This document shows positions 54,949-63,911 of a DNA stretch of 64,000 bases, one piece after another. The notes beneath the pieces were generated by a model, which had not been told where the DNA came from, ran no database searches, and saw only the letters and a list, made by a program, of their open reading frames with translations. Made by a program: the position numbers and the translations under genes. Position 1 is the stretch's first letter. Every line of letters begins with the position of its first letter. This DNA comes from an uncultured Flavobacterium sp. (GTDB lineage: Bacteria > Bacteroidota > Bacteroidia > Flavobacteriales > Flavobacteriaceae), in assembly GCA_964608415.1 (NCBI GenBank), contig CAZSOC010000001.1, forward strand, positions 174,083 through 238,082, read 5' to 3'.

Positions 54949-55350
54949 TTATTTCAATCGTTCCAGAACTCCTTTTCGTTTTACGATGTTTTTATAGTCC
55001 CATTGTATGTCTCTCGATTTTTCGAGCCAGCGTTTTAAATCTTCGATATTAATTTCGGAAACCGAATGATAAAAAACAGAAGCGTCTTTAAATTTTTCTC
55101 CCTTTACTTTCAATGTTTCTTCGTCAAAATCTGCACCGCTCCAAAACATTAACCTTAATCCGCTTTTTTGTTTGCTGTAACCTGCTATCGGATTTCCGTC
55201 TAAAAACCAAACGGGATGTCTGTGCCAGATTTTGTTTTCGGCATCGGGCAGATGTTTTGTTATTTCTGTAGCCAGCAAATCGCAAATGGCTTTGTCTTCT
55301 GCCGTTTGTGATTTGTTGTAATCGAGTATGTCTTTTGAAATTGTTGCCAT
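54949..55350 (-). CDS. DUF1801 (YdhG-like) protein
   Basis: KIWHRHPVWF...IAGYSKQKSGLRLMFWSGADF pattern. Confidence 0.8.
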   Translation of the reverse strand: MATISKDILDYNKSQTAEDKAICDLLATEITKHLPDAENKIWHRHPVWFLDGNPIAGYSKQKSGLRLMFWSGADFDEETLKVKGEKFKDASVFYHSVSEINIEDLKRWLEKSRDIQWDYKNIVKRKGVLERLK

Positions 55351-55356
55351 AATTTT

Positions 55357-55860
55357 TTATTTTTTCAGTGTTAACAACAACTCGTCCAACTGATTCAAGC
55401 CCATTGTAAAGCCTTCTTTAAAGCCCATTGCTATGGTCGTTTCAAGGTCGGAAAGCGTATCGAATGTGAGCAATATATCAACTTGTACCTTATCCTCTTT
55501 TGTACTAAAACTATTTTCTACTAAATTTTGAGGTAATGATGGATTCATCGTCCCGTTTTCGTCGCAAAACCCATCTTTTTGACTAAAGGATTTTTCTTTT
55601 TCAATAGAAATGAAATTGGCTTTTGCCCAATGTTTTTCTCCTTCGGGACTTACCATTGCGTAGTGCCAAAATCCGCCTTCCCGAAAATCCATTGTTTTGG
55701 TTTCGGCTCTCCAAGGCTTGGGTCCCCACCATTGATCGAGCAATTCGGCTGTTGTCCACGCTTTCCAAACCAGTTCAATATTGGCGTTAAATTCACGAAT
55801 TACGTGAATAGTATTATTCTCCTTGTTTACGGAAAAATCAAATAAAAGATTACTGTTCAT
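55357..55860 (-). CDS. SRPBCC/AHSA1 (START-like) domain protein
   Basis: IREFNANIELVWKAWT..ELLDQWWGP...MDFREGGFW. Confidence 0.88.
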   Translation of the reverse strand: MNSNLLFDFSVNKENNTIHVIREFNANIELVWKAWTTAELLDQWWGPKPWRAETKTMDFREGGFWHYAMVSPEGEKHWAKANFISIEKEKSFSQKDGFCDENGTMNPSLPQNLVENSFSTKEDKVQVDILLTFDTLSDLETTIAMGFKEGFTMGLNQLDELLLTLKK

Positions 55861-55872
55861 TTTTTCTTGTTT

Positions 55873-56307
55873 TTAATGGTTATCTTTTTCTAAAAAGCCT
55901 TTCAATGAAACATTAATAATGTGGTTCCAGCCTGCTTCAAAATTGTGAATGGCAAAATCAGGAATTGCAGGGAATGTTTCAAATCCTGTGTGTGTTAGCT
56001 TTAAACGAGTATTTCCATTTTCATCAAACAATTCAAACGTAACGTAAGTAATGCCTTCGTAACCTTCATACCGCCAACTATACGTTAGTTTTTTTTCGGG
56101 AATAACTTCGGTCACTTCACATAGATGTTTGTATTGAGTTCCATCTTCAGATCCACCCATAAATTCAAACTGAAATCCTGTTTCGGGTTTAAATTCTTTT
56201 AAATCGAAATACCATTGTTTCATCATTTCTTTTTCGGTAATGGCTTGCCAAACCAGTTGTCTGTTGGCATTAAAGACACGTTCTACAATTACGAATTGCT
56301 CTTTCAT
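55873..56307 (-). CDS. SRPBCC/AHSA1 domain protein
   Basis: VERVFNA...VWQAIT...KQWYF...EVIPEKKLTYSW...TRLKLTHTGF...GWNH. Confidence 0.88.
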   Translation of the reverse strand: MKEQFVIVERVFNANRQLVWQAITEKEMMKQWYFDLKEFKPETGFQFEFMGGSEDGTQYKHLCEVTEVIPEKKLTYSWRYEGYEGITYVTFELFDENGNTRLKLTHTGFETFPAIPDFAIHNFEAGWNHIINVSLKGFLEKDNH

Positions 56308-56308
56308 C

Positions 56309-56764
56309 TTATTTTGATGTTAGTTGATTAAGATATTTTTCAAGTCGTTCAAAGTTTTGCGTTTGTTCTTCTTTGGCATTGAATGTATTGATAACCGCTT
56401 CGAGTATTTCTTTGGTATCAAACACCGAACTCCACTCTATTTGAGTTTCTTCGCCTTTGGCTTCAAAAAGAATAATGTCAATAAAATGCGGACTGAAATG
56501 CTCAAAAACGATTTTCTTTAGTGGGATAATTTCTTTAAAAATACTTCTCTTGGTATAGTCATATTCGGTAATGAGATTATAGAATGTCAGTTTCCATTCT
56601 CCTCCCTCTGTGAAATCCATTTTGTGAATGGTAGTGGTATGGTTATTTGGTCCCCACCATTGAGCTATGTAATCGGGTTCTGACCAAATTTTCCAAACGA
56701 GATCAATAGGTGCTTTTACCGTTCTCGTCATTTTTAGTTCTCTGTTGTTTGTGTTTTCCATCAT
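56309..56764 (-). CDS. SRPBCC/AHSA1 domain protein
   Basis: TRTVKAPIDLVWKIWSEPDYIAQWWGP...MDFTEGGEW. Confidence 0.88.
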   Translation of the reverse strand: MMENTNNRELKMTRTVKAPIDLVWKIWSEPDYIAQWWGPNNHTTTIHKMDFTEGGEWKLTFYNLITEYDYTKRSIFKEIIPLKKIVFEHFSPHFIDIILFEAKGEETQIEWSSVFDTKEILEAVINTFNAKEEQTQNFERLEKYLNQLTSK

Positions 56765-56770
56765 TTTTTT

Positions 56771-57148
56771 TTATAAATTAATTTTTCTTTGAGTAGGTCT
56801 GAAATACCAAGACACAACTGTCAGGATTAGAAGTAATGTCGGTCCAAATAGTTCAATAGTGTTATCTCCAACTGCCAGATGCGAAAAAATGGCTCCTGAC
56901 ATAAGGAAGAAGAATCCTGCATAAGCCCACTCTTTCAGTAAAGGAAATTTAGGAATAAGTACTGCTGTTGTACCCAATAATTTCCAAATACCGATAATGG
57001 TGAGAAAGTAGGTTGGATAGCCCAAAGCCAATGAAGTTTTATCAACTTCTTCTTTCATTTTTATGAGTTGGACAATGCCTGTTGAAAACATTCCCAGTGA
57101 CAACCAGATAGTTGCAACCCAATAGATAATTTTATTTCGTTTTGTCAT
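56771..57148 (-). CDS. DoxX-like family membrane protein
   Basis: LGYPTYFLTIIGIWKLLG...LKEWAYAGFFF; four TM segments. Confidence 0.85.
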   Translation of the reverse strand: MTKRNKIIYWVATIWLSLGMFSTGIVQLIKMKEEVDKTSLALGYPTYFLTIIGIWKLLGTTAVLIPKFPLLKEWAYAGFFFLMSGAIFSHLAVGDNTIELFGPTLLLILTVVSWYFRPTQRKINL

Positions 57149-57154
57149 ATTTTG

Positions 57155-57619
57155 TTATTTTAGTTTGTTTATAATTTCTTGTAGCCTGTTATGTGCCATA
57201 TTGATACCTTGTGTAAATGGCATTTGAAGTAATTGGTTTCTGAATTCAACGGACTTAAACACGATGTGCATAGTAAGTTTGCTGGTATCGTTTGTTAGTT
57301 TTTCAAATTCCAGATATTCAAGCTGAACGGGAAAAGGCGTATTTTCCATTTCAAAGGTTCGTATGATTTTTTGATTCGGAATAAACTCGTGTATTGTTCC
57401 GTTTGCCTGAAAAACCACATTTCCGTTGTGTGATGTTTCAAATGCATAGAAACCATGTTTTTTGTTTTCCATTTTCAACACTTTCGCTCCCATCCATTGT
57501 TCAAAAAGTTCGGGCTCTTCATAAGCTTTAAAAAGTAATTCCAGAGGCAGATCAAACTCCCTTGTGATTACGATTTCCTGTTTACCATTTTGGGCACTTA
57601 CTTTTGTTTTTTGTTCCAT
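57155..57619 (-). CDS. SRPBCC/AHSA1 domain protein
   Basis: ITREFDLPLELLFKAYEEPELFEQWMG...IIRTFEMEN. Confidence 0.85.
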   Translation of the reverse strand: MEQKTKVSAQNGKQEIVITREFDLPLELLFKAYEEPELFEQWMGAKVLKMENKKHGFYAFETSHNGNVVFQANGTIHEFIPNQKIIRTFEMENTPFPVQLEYLEFEKLTNDTSKLTMHIVFKSVEFRNQLLQMPFTQGINMAHNRLQEIINKLK

Positions 57620-57627
57620 ATTACGTA

Positions 57628-57954
57628 TTATTTTTCTTCTTCTTGTATTTTTTTAAGTACCGCTTCCAATTTGTTAAATCTGTCGTCCCACATTTTGCGG
57701 AATGGCTCAATAAAGTCGGCTACTTCTTTCATTTTTATTGCGTTAATGTGATAGTAAATTTCCCTGCCGCTTTGCTCTTTGGTTAGTAATTCGCATTCCG
57801 TAAGAATTTGCAAATGCTTTGAAACAGTTGGTCGTGCTGTATCAAAATTTGAAGCAATTGCTCCTGCTGTCATAGATTGCGAAGTAACCAAAAGAAGTAT
57901 AGTTCTTCTTGTCGGGTCGGAAATAGCTTGAAAAACGTCTCGTCTTAAACTCAT
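57628..57954 (-). CDS. ArsR/SmtB family transcriptional regulator
   Basis: [15 protein letters not shown]...[21 protein letters not shown]...QSGREIYY. Confidence 0.92.
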   Translation of the reverse strand: MSLRRDVFQAISDPTRRTILLLVTSQSMTAGAIASNFDTARPTVSKHLQILTECELLTKEQSGREIYYHINAIKMKEVADFIEPFRKMWDDRFNKLEAVLKKIQEEEK

Positions 57955-57972
57955 TATGAAGTCATTTGACTA

Positions 57973-58003
57973 CAAATATATGTGTAGTTAATTAACTACG
58001 CAA
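57973..58003 (-). promoter_or_regulatory. ArsR operon promoter with embedded perfect palindromic operator
   Basis: Minus strand TTG (58003-58001), 20-nt spacer, TATATTTG (57980-57973); GTAGTTAATTAACTAC palindrome at 57984-57999 lies in the spacer. Confidence 0.8.
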
Positions 58004-58065
58004 TTTTTTTCTTAAAAAATTTCTGATTTTTTATTCTATCGGCTGCAGGCGTGAGTTGGCATAGT

Positions 58066-58102
58066 CTTGTTGCTAATGGTTAGCGGTTTTTCCAAGCTGT
58101 GG
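58066..58102 (-). repeat. attC R'-like half element upstream of the ArsR unit
   Basis: Minus strand CCCACAGCTTGGAAAACCGCTAAC-CATTAGCAACAAG; its end resembles CATTAGACAAC at 20231-20241. Confidence 0.45.
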
Positions 58103-58363
58103 GTTTTTATGATAGCATGATTTAATTTCGTGGCTTTCTTTTAGGCGATACTTTGTGGTATATTATACATCTTAAAAGACTTTTATATTTGTTAACCGAA
58201 AAGAGCTTCTCGTTAACCGGGCTTATTTATTATAATGGTAAAAATTCAGGATAGTAATAACCATGTTTTAATTTAAAAAATAATTAAAAATCAAAAACAA
58301 AGGTTTTATTCACCCCGAATTGTTGAGTAAATGCATGGGTTTTTAAAATAAATCGGCTTTTAC

Positions 58364-58395
58364 TTGACAACCCCTGTTTTACAATCGTATATTTG
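58364..58395 (+). promoter_or_regulatory. queA promoter
   Basis: TTG at 58364-58366, 21-nt spacer, TATATTTG at 58388-58395. Confidence 0.75.
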
Positions 58396-58459
58396 CAACC
58401 GATTTGAAAAACAGTAACACAGTACGTTACTTTTAGGATCCCATCTTTTTTATTATACT

Positions 58460-59509
58460 ATGAAATTATCAAATTTTAATTTTAATTTACCAAAAGAACT
58501 TCTTGCGGAATATCCTGCAGAAAACAGAGATGAATCTCGACTTATGGTAATCAACAGAGCTGAGAAAACTATCGAGCATAAAATGTTCAAAGATTTGATC
58601 GAATATTTCGATGAAGGCGATGTGTTAATTCTTAACAATACCAAAGTTTTTCCTGCAAGATTATATGGAAATAAAGAAAAAACAGGAGCAAGAATTGAAG
58701 TTTTTTTACTTAGAGAACTCAACTCAGAACAAAGACTTTGGGATGTTTTGGTAGATCCTGCAAGAAAAATCAGGATAGGTAATAAATTGTACTTTGGTGA
58801 TGACGATTCATTAGTAGCAGAGGTTATAGATAATACAACATCTCGCGGGAGAACTTTGCGTTTTCTTTACGATGGTTCTTATGATGAATTTAGAAATAAG
58901 CTTACAGAATTAGGAGAAACTCCAATTCCAAAGTATATTTCCAGAGAAGTAAACGAAGAAGATGCAGAGCGTTATCAAACGATTTATGCAAAAGAAGAAG
59001 GAGCAGTGGCAGCTCCAACAGCAGGGTTACATTTTTCAAAACACTTACTTAAAAGATTGGAAATAAAAGGAGTAAATTTTGCAGAAGTAACACTTCATGT
59101 AGGTTTGGGAACGTTTAATCCGGTTGAGGTTGAGGATCTTTCTAAACACAAAATGGATTCTGAAGAGCTTAAAATTTCTCAGGAATCCTGTGATGTTGTA
59201 AATCAGGCAAAAGTGAATAAAAAAAGAATTTGTGCAGTAGGAACAACTTCAATGAGAGCAATAGAAAGTTCTGTGTCGTCAGCAAGAACATTAAATTCTT
59301 ATGATGGATGGACCAATAAATTTATTTTTCCACCTTATGATTTTAGTATCGCAGATTGTATGATTACCAATTTTCATACGCCAAAATCTACGTTGTTGAT
59401 GATGGTTTCTGCATTTTGCGGACATGACTTGATGAGAAAAGCATATGATGAGGCAATAAAAGAAAAATATAAATTCTATTCTTACGGAGATGCAATGCTT
59501 ATCCTGTAA
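58460..59509 (+). CDS. queA: S-adenosylmethionine:tRNA ribosyltransferase-isomerase
   Basis: [59 protein letters not shown]. Confidence 0.97.
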   Translation: MKLSNFNFNLPKELLAEYPAENRDESRLMVINRAEKTIEHKMFKDLIEYFDEGDVLILNNTKVFPARLYGNKEKTGARIEVFLLRELNSEQRLWDVLVDPARKIRIGNKLYFGDDDSLVAEVIDNTTSRGRTLRFLYDGSYDEFRNKLTELGETPIPKYISREVNEEDAERYQTIYAKEEGAVAAPTAGLHFSKHLLKRLEIKGVNFAEVTLHVGLGTFNPVEVEDLSKHKMDSEELKISQESCDVVNQAKVNKKRICAVGTTSMRAIESSVSSARTLNSYDGWTNKFIFPPYDFSIADCMITNFHTPKSTLLMMVSAFCGHDLMRKAYDEAIKEKYKFYSYGDAMLIL

Positions 59510-59524
59510 ATAAAAAGAAATGAG

Positions 59525-59554
59525 AAATCCCATCTATTTGATGGGATTTTTTTT
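59525..59554 (+). terminator. queA terminator (AAATCCC hairpin family)
   Basis: AAATCCCATC-TATTT-GATGGGATTT followed by Ts. Confidence 0.85.
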
Positions 59555-59760
59555 AGAGGCAAATTATGGAGATCATTTTACCTGATCGGTTTGCTTCATT
59601 CGTATTTTGATTTTTTGTCTGTTTCTTGCAAGGATTATCACTTCAATCGAGTCTAAGAATAATTTTTTTGAAAATATTCATAATTAACTGAAATTTCATT
59701 CCTAATAAGAAAACAGGTAATTGCTCAATTTTGTAAGTTTACACTAAATTATAATTCATT

Positions 59761-60480
59761 ATGTTTCGGCACAAAGGCAAAAGCAGAACGTATATTCATA
59801 ATTTAAGATTAGCATCGATTCTATCTTTTGTTGCAGGAATTGTAAATGTTACAGGAGTTTTGTCTGTAAAAACACTTACAACAAACGTAACAGGTCATTT
59901 TGCGTATTTTTCAGAAGAGATATCTTTCAAAAATTATAAAATGGCTATACTATATTTAGTATTTATTGCGTCATTTTTAATTGGGGCATTTGTATCAAAT
60001 TTATCTATAGAAATAATTTCACGGATAAAACCTCAAATATCTTATATAGTTCCAATGATAATGGAGATAATCATTTTAATTCTTATCGGAATTTTCGGAA
60101 TGTCTGATTTGGATGTGCAAATAATCGCTTGTGGGTTATTGTTTTCAATGGGTCTGCAAAATTCATTGGTTACAAAAGTTTCACAATCTGTGGTTAGAAC
60201 TACTCATTTAACGGGTTTGTTTACCGACTTAGGGATTGAACTTTCTCAATTATTCTTTTATCGGAAATCTACAGTATTTCAACAGTTATCAAAAAGTATT
60301 GTACTTAAACTGGCAATTATCCTTTGCTTTTTCCTCGGATGTCTTACCGGAGGTTTTGTTTTCAAAATTATAGCATTAAAAACACTGTTAGTGGCAGCAG
60401 TTTTTTTAGCCGGGGCTTTGTTTTACGATAGTGCATTACTGTATTATTATCATTTTAAACGAAAAATGAAATCCAGGTAA
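59761..60480 (+). CDS. YoaK/DUF1275 family membrane protein
   Basis: LSFVAGIVN, TTNVTGH, FSMGLQNS...VRTTHLTGLFTDLG. Confidence 0.88.
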   Translation: MFRHKGKSRTYIHNLRLASILSFVAGIVNVTGVLSVKTLTTNVTGHFAYFSEEISFKNYKMAILYLVFIASFLIGAFVSNLSIEIISRIKPQISYIVPMIMEIIILILIGIFGMSDLDVQIIACGLLFSMGLQNSLVTKVSQSVVRTTHLTGLFTDLGIELSQLFFYRKSTVFQQLSKSIVLKLAIILCFFLGCLTGGFVFKIIALKTLLVAAVFLAGALFYDSALLYYYHFKRKMKSR

Positions 60481-60591
60481 TATTGAAGCCGATTGTACGC
60501 CGGATACAATTTTTTATTATTTGGAAGCTCTTTTAAATTATTTTACCAATCAATCTTTTTTTCTATTTTTACCCCTATAAACAAACAACAA

Positions 60592-61872
60592 ATGGTTTTT
60601 CAAAATACACAAGAATTTGCACAGCAGCTTGATTCTCAAGATCAGCTTCATCATTATCGTAACGAATTTCATTTTCCGCAGGTAAATGGTAAAAAAGTAA
60701 TCTATTTTACAGGAAATTCATTAGGATTACAACCTAAACGTACCAAAAAATATGTAGATGAAATTATGAATGATTGGGCAAATCTTGCAGTAGAAGGGCA
60801 TTTTTATGCAGAAAAACCATGGTGGGATTATCACGAAAGATTTGCAGGACCATTAAGCGAGATTGTTGGTGCGCTTCCATCAGAAGTCACCGTTATGAAT
60901 ACGCTTACCGTAAATTTACATTTAATGATGGTTTCCTTTTATCGTCCGACAACCAAAAGATATAAAATTCTTTGCGAGGCAAAAGCATTCCCAAGTGATC
61001 AATATATGATTCAGAGTCAGGTGCATTTTCATGGATTGGATCCTAAAGATGCAATTGTGGAAATTCATCGCAGAGAAGGAGAACACAACATTAGGATAGA
61101 AGATATCTTGTCAAAAATAGAAGAAATTGGAGATGAACTCGCATTGGTCCTGATAGGAGGGGTAAATTATTATACCGGTCAGGTATTTGATATTAAAACG
61201 ATTACCGAAGCAGGGCACAGAGCAGGAGCTTATGTGGGGTGGGATTTGGCACATGCTGCAGGAAATATTAAATTAGAATTACATAACTGGAATGTCGATT
61301 TTGCTGCATGGTGTAGCTATAAATATATGAATTCTGGTCCGGGAAATGCTTCCGGATGTTTTGTACACCAAATGCATCATACGGATCCGGATTTGCCGAG
61401 ATTCGCCGGATGGTGGGGACATAATAAAGAACGCCGGTTTAAAATGGAACCTGCTTTCGATCCGGTTGAAGGAGCTAATGGCTGGCAAATTAGTAACCTT
61501 CCGATATTAACATTGGCACCTTATTTGGTTTCCGTAGAAATGTTTGCTGAAATAGGAATGGATAAATTAATCAAAAAAAGAGATCATATTACAGCCTATT
61601 TAGAATTTATTCTTCAGGAAATAGACAAGGAAGTCGATAGCACTTTTGAGATTATTACACCTTCAAATTCGGATGAAAGAGCCTCACAACTGTCTGTATT
61701 TCTACACGGTGAAGGCCGTCCTTTATTTGATTATCTCATGAAAAATGGTGTGATTACAGACTGGAGAGAACCTAATGTAATAAGATTAGCACCAGTGCCT
61801 TTGTATTGTTCTTATGAAGATATGTATGAATTCGGACAAATTTTAAAAGCAGGTATTCAATCATTACATTAA
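60592..61872 (+). CDS. kynU: Kynureninase
   Basis: YFTGNSLGLQPK, AFPSDQY, WDLAHAAGN, AAWCSYKYMNSGPG, GWWGH, IRLAPVPLY. ATG at 60592 (MVFQ) preferred over 60493. Confidence 0.95.
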   Translation: MVFQNTQEFAQQLDSQDQLHHYRNEFHFPQVNGKKVIYFTGNSLGLQPKRTKKYVDEIMNDWANLAVEGHFYAEKPWWDYHERFAGPLSEIVGALPSEVTVMNTLTVNLHLMMVSFYRPTTKRYKILCEAKAFPSDQYMIQSQVHFHGLDPKDAIVEIHRREGEHNIRIEDILSKIEEIGDELALVLIGGVNYYTGQVFDIKTITEAGHRAGAYVGWDLAHAAGNIKLELHNWNVDFAAWCSYKYMNSGPGNASGCFVHQMHHTDPDLPRFAGWWGHNKERRFKMEPAFDPVEGANGWQISNLPILTLAPYLVSVEMFAEIGMDKLIKKRDHITAYLEFILQEIDKEVDSTFEIITPSNSDERASQLSVFLHGEGRPLFDYLMKNGVITDWREPNVIRLAPVPLYCSYEDMYEFGQILKAGIQSLH

Positions 61873-61889
61873 TATTTTAAAAAACTCCT

Positions 61890-62981
61890 ATGAATAACAA
61901 AATCGAAAAAATAAAAAACTTCGATCCTTCTCAACCAGGATTGGCAGATGCCAATATTTTTGGATTACCATTTACAGCTGAAGAAAGCGAAATTATAATT
62001 ATACCTGTTCCATGGGAAGTAACCGTAAGCTATGGATCCGGTGCTTCCAAAGGTCCCGATGCTGTTTTTGAAGCCTCATTTCAAGTCGATTTATCTCATC
62101 AGGAGTTTCCGGAATTATGGAAATTAGGAATGTTTGTAGATCAGAATGAAATTATACAAAAATGGGCTGCATTAAGTTCAAAATATAAAGCCATGGCTCA
62201 GCCAATTATTGAAGCACAGGAAAATGGCGAAGAGGTAGGTCAAAATCCTCAGCTTGCAGCAGATCTGGAAATAATCAATAAAGCCTGTGCAGATCTCAAA
62301 AACGAACTGAAAGAAATAGTTCTGTCGTGGATAGAAAAAGGGAAAAAAGTAGTGCTTCTCGGAGGAGATCACTCCACACCATTAGGTTATTATGAAGCAA
62401 TGGCTTCTCAACATTCAAATTTTGGAATTTTACACCTTGATGCTCATATGGATTTGAGAATTGCTTACGAAGGGTTTACCTATTCACACGCATCAATTAT
62501 GTATAATGCTTTACAAATTCCTCAGATTTCAAAAATTGTTCAGGTAGGAATTCGGGATTTTTGCGAACAGGAAGTCGATGTTGCTAATAATAATAGAGTA
62601 ATAGTTCATACAGATGCAGATCTTAAAACAGAGGCTTTTTTGGGTCATACCTGGGAAATGCAATGTGAGAGGATCATTCAGGCATTGCCACAGAAAGTTT
62701 TGGTAAGTTTTGACATAGATGGTATGTATCCTTGGTATTGTCCAAATACAGGAACACCGGTTCCGGGAGGTTTTTCTTTTGAACAAGCTACGTATTTATT
62801 AAATAAATTAGCAGTAAGTGATAAAGAAATTATCGGTTTTGATTTGGTTGAAGTTGCTCCGGGAGAAAAAGATGATTGGGATGGAAACGTTGGGGCGAGA
62901 ATGTTGTTTCATATGTGCGGAGCTCTTGCAAAGAACAACAAGATGGAAATAGGAGAACGTATTCAATTTAATAGAGATTAA
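61890..62981 (+). CDS. Agmatinase/ureohydrolase family protein
   Basis: LGGDHS, HLDAHMD, SFDIDG, TGTPVPGG, FDLVEVAP Mn-binding motifs. Confidence 0.9.
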   Translation: MNNKIEKIKNFDPSQPGLADANIFGLPFTAEESEIIIIPVPWEVTVSYGSGASKGPDAVFEASFQVDLSHQEFPELWKLGMFVDQNEIIQKWAALSSKYKAMAQPIIEAQENGEEVGQNPQLAADLEIINKACADLKNELKEIVLSWIEKGKKVVLLGGDHSTPLGYYEAMASQHSNFGILHLDAHMDLRIAYEGFTYSHASIMYNALQIPQISKIVQVGIRDFCEQEVDVANNNRVIVHTDADLKTEAFLGHTWEMQCERIIQALPQKVLVSFDIDGMYPWYCPNTGTPVPGGFSFEQATYLLNKLAVSDKEIIGFDLVEVAPGEKDDWDGNVGARMLFHMCGALAKNNKMEIGERIQFNRD

Positions 62982-63007
62982 TTCAATTCAAAAATATATT
63001 TTTTTTG

Positions 63008-63032
63008 AAATCCCGATCGTTCGGGATTTTTT
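63008..63032 (+). terminator. Terminator (AAATCCCG hairpin family)
   Basis: AAATCCCGA-TCGT-TCGGGATTT followed by Ts. Confidence 0.85.
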
Positions 63033-63096
63033 ATTTTATAAATAACAAGAGTTTATTGAGAGATAATCATTAGATTTGAGTAAACATAGAAAAATT

Positions 63097-63483
63097 ATGA
63101 AAAAATATTGTGTGTTAGTGATTGCAATGGTCTTTTTTTCCTGTTCAGAAAATTTTGAAGTAAAGGATATTTCAGGTTTTAATGCCTTGATAGCAAGTGA
63201 TACAAGTATAGAAAAACCAGAAGATTTAATTCGGAAGTATTACAACTACCCTGAAGATGAAGAGACTCCTAATTTGGAGATCAAATCGGTTAGAAAAGGA
63301 TCTGGTCAATATGAAATCACAATGATCCATGAAAATCTCCCGGATGATTCTCAGGTAGCTTTAAAAATTGTGATGCAAGCCAAAAAAGACGGGAAACTTT
63401 GGAAAGTAAAAGAAGTAAAACAAAACTGGAAATGTCGTGAGGGGAGAGGGCATACCAATTGGGATACAGAATTATGTCAATAA
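63097..63483 (+). CDS. Hypothetical lipoprotein
   Basis: MKKYCVLVIAMVFFSC lipobox; C-terminal WKC...GHTNW...LC Cys pair. ATG at 63097 preferred. Confidence 0.75.
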   Translation: MKKYCVLVIAMVFFSCSENFEVKDISGFNALIASDTSIEKPEDLIRKYYNYPEDEETPNLEIKSVRKGSGQYEITMIHENLPDDSQVALKIVMQAKKDGKLWKVKEVKQNWKCREGRGHTNWDTELCQ

Positions 63484-63521
63484 ATCATTCTCATCCGAAA
63501 GCGTGTAAATATCGGGTTTGA

Positions 63522-63911
63522 TTACGTTTTAATTATAGCAATAGGACGTTTGTGTTCATCAATAGCTACAAATGTAAATTCGCCTGTGATTGCTTTTTCC
63601 CGATGCTCGGAATACATTTGTTCGATATAAATTTCTACTCTCACTTTCAGACTTGTATTACCAACGTGGTTAACAATGCCAACAAGTTCTACAATGGTTC
63701 CCGCCGGAATAGGTTTTTTGAAATCAATTTTATCACTACTTACTGTTACCATTTTTTGCCGGCTGAACCGGGTTGCGGTAATAAAAGCCGCTTCGTCCAT
63801 TAAGTGCATGGCCGTACCACCAAAAAGCGTGTCATAATGGTTGGTTGTGTTAGGGAAAACAGCTTTGAAAATTCTTGTTTCTGATTGTTTTATTTTTTCT
63901 TCTGTTGTCAT
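63522..63911 (-). CDS. Acyl-CoA thioesterase (hotdog fold)
   Basis: VFPNTTNHYDTLFGG.AM.LMDEAA, VTVSSDKIDFKKPI, VGNTSL, TFVAID. Confidence 0.92.
   Translation of the reverse strand: MTTEEKIKQSETRIFKAVFPNTTNHYDTLFGGTAMHLMDEAAFITATRFSRQKMVTVSSDKIDFKKPIPAGTIVELVGIVNHVGNTSLKVRVEIYIEQMYSEHREKAITGEFTFVAIDEHKRPIAIIKT

Larger units (their letters stand above)
52036..58102 (-). mobile_element. Putative minus-strand array of three gene cassettes delimited by attC-like elements
   Basis: Three co-oriented units between aroA and queA. Each unit's last stop codon is followed within 2-5 nt by ACTGCCCATAA(C/A) or ACCTGTACATAAC; GTT/ATT...CAA motifs precede units. No integrase in the window. Confidence 0.5.

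Noticed and set aside
52036-58460. Calling the array a complete classical integron
   Set aside because: No IntI or other tyrosine recombinase, attI or Pc is identifiable in the window, and the motifs deviate from the strict attC consensus; kept only as attC-like.
12478-63096. ORF-track starts at 12478, 19481, 35117, 41085, 42907, 53334, 60493 and 63076
   Set aside because: These N-terminal extensions precede a better start that gives a proper signal peptide or family N-terminus; the downstream starts were used.
418-63803. The many short ORF-track entries overlapping larger genes (e.g. 418-687, 1322-1555, 9657-9863, 10529-10951, 13817-14104, 26517-26879, 28669-29682, 43074-43310, 55579-55845, 63552-63803)
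   Set aside because: They lie antisense or out of frame within well-supported genes and show no recognisable motifs.
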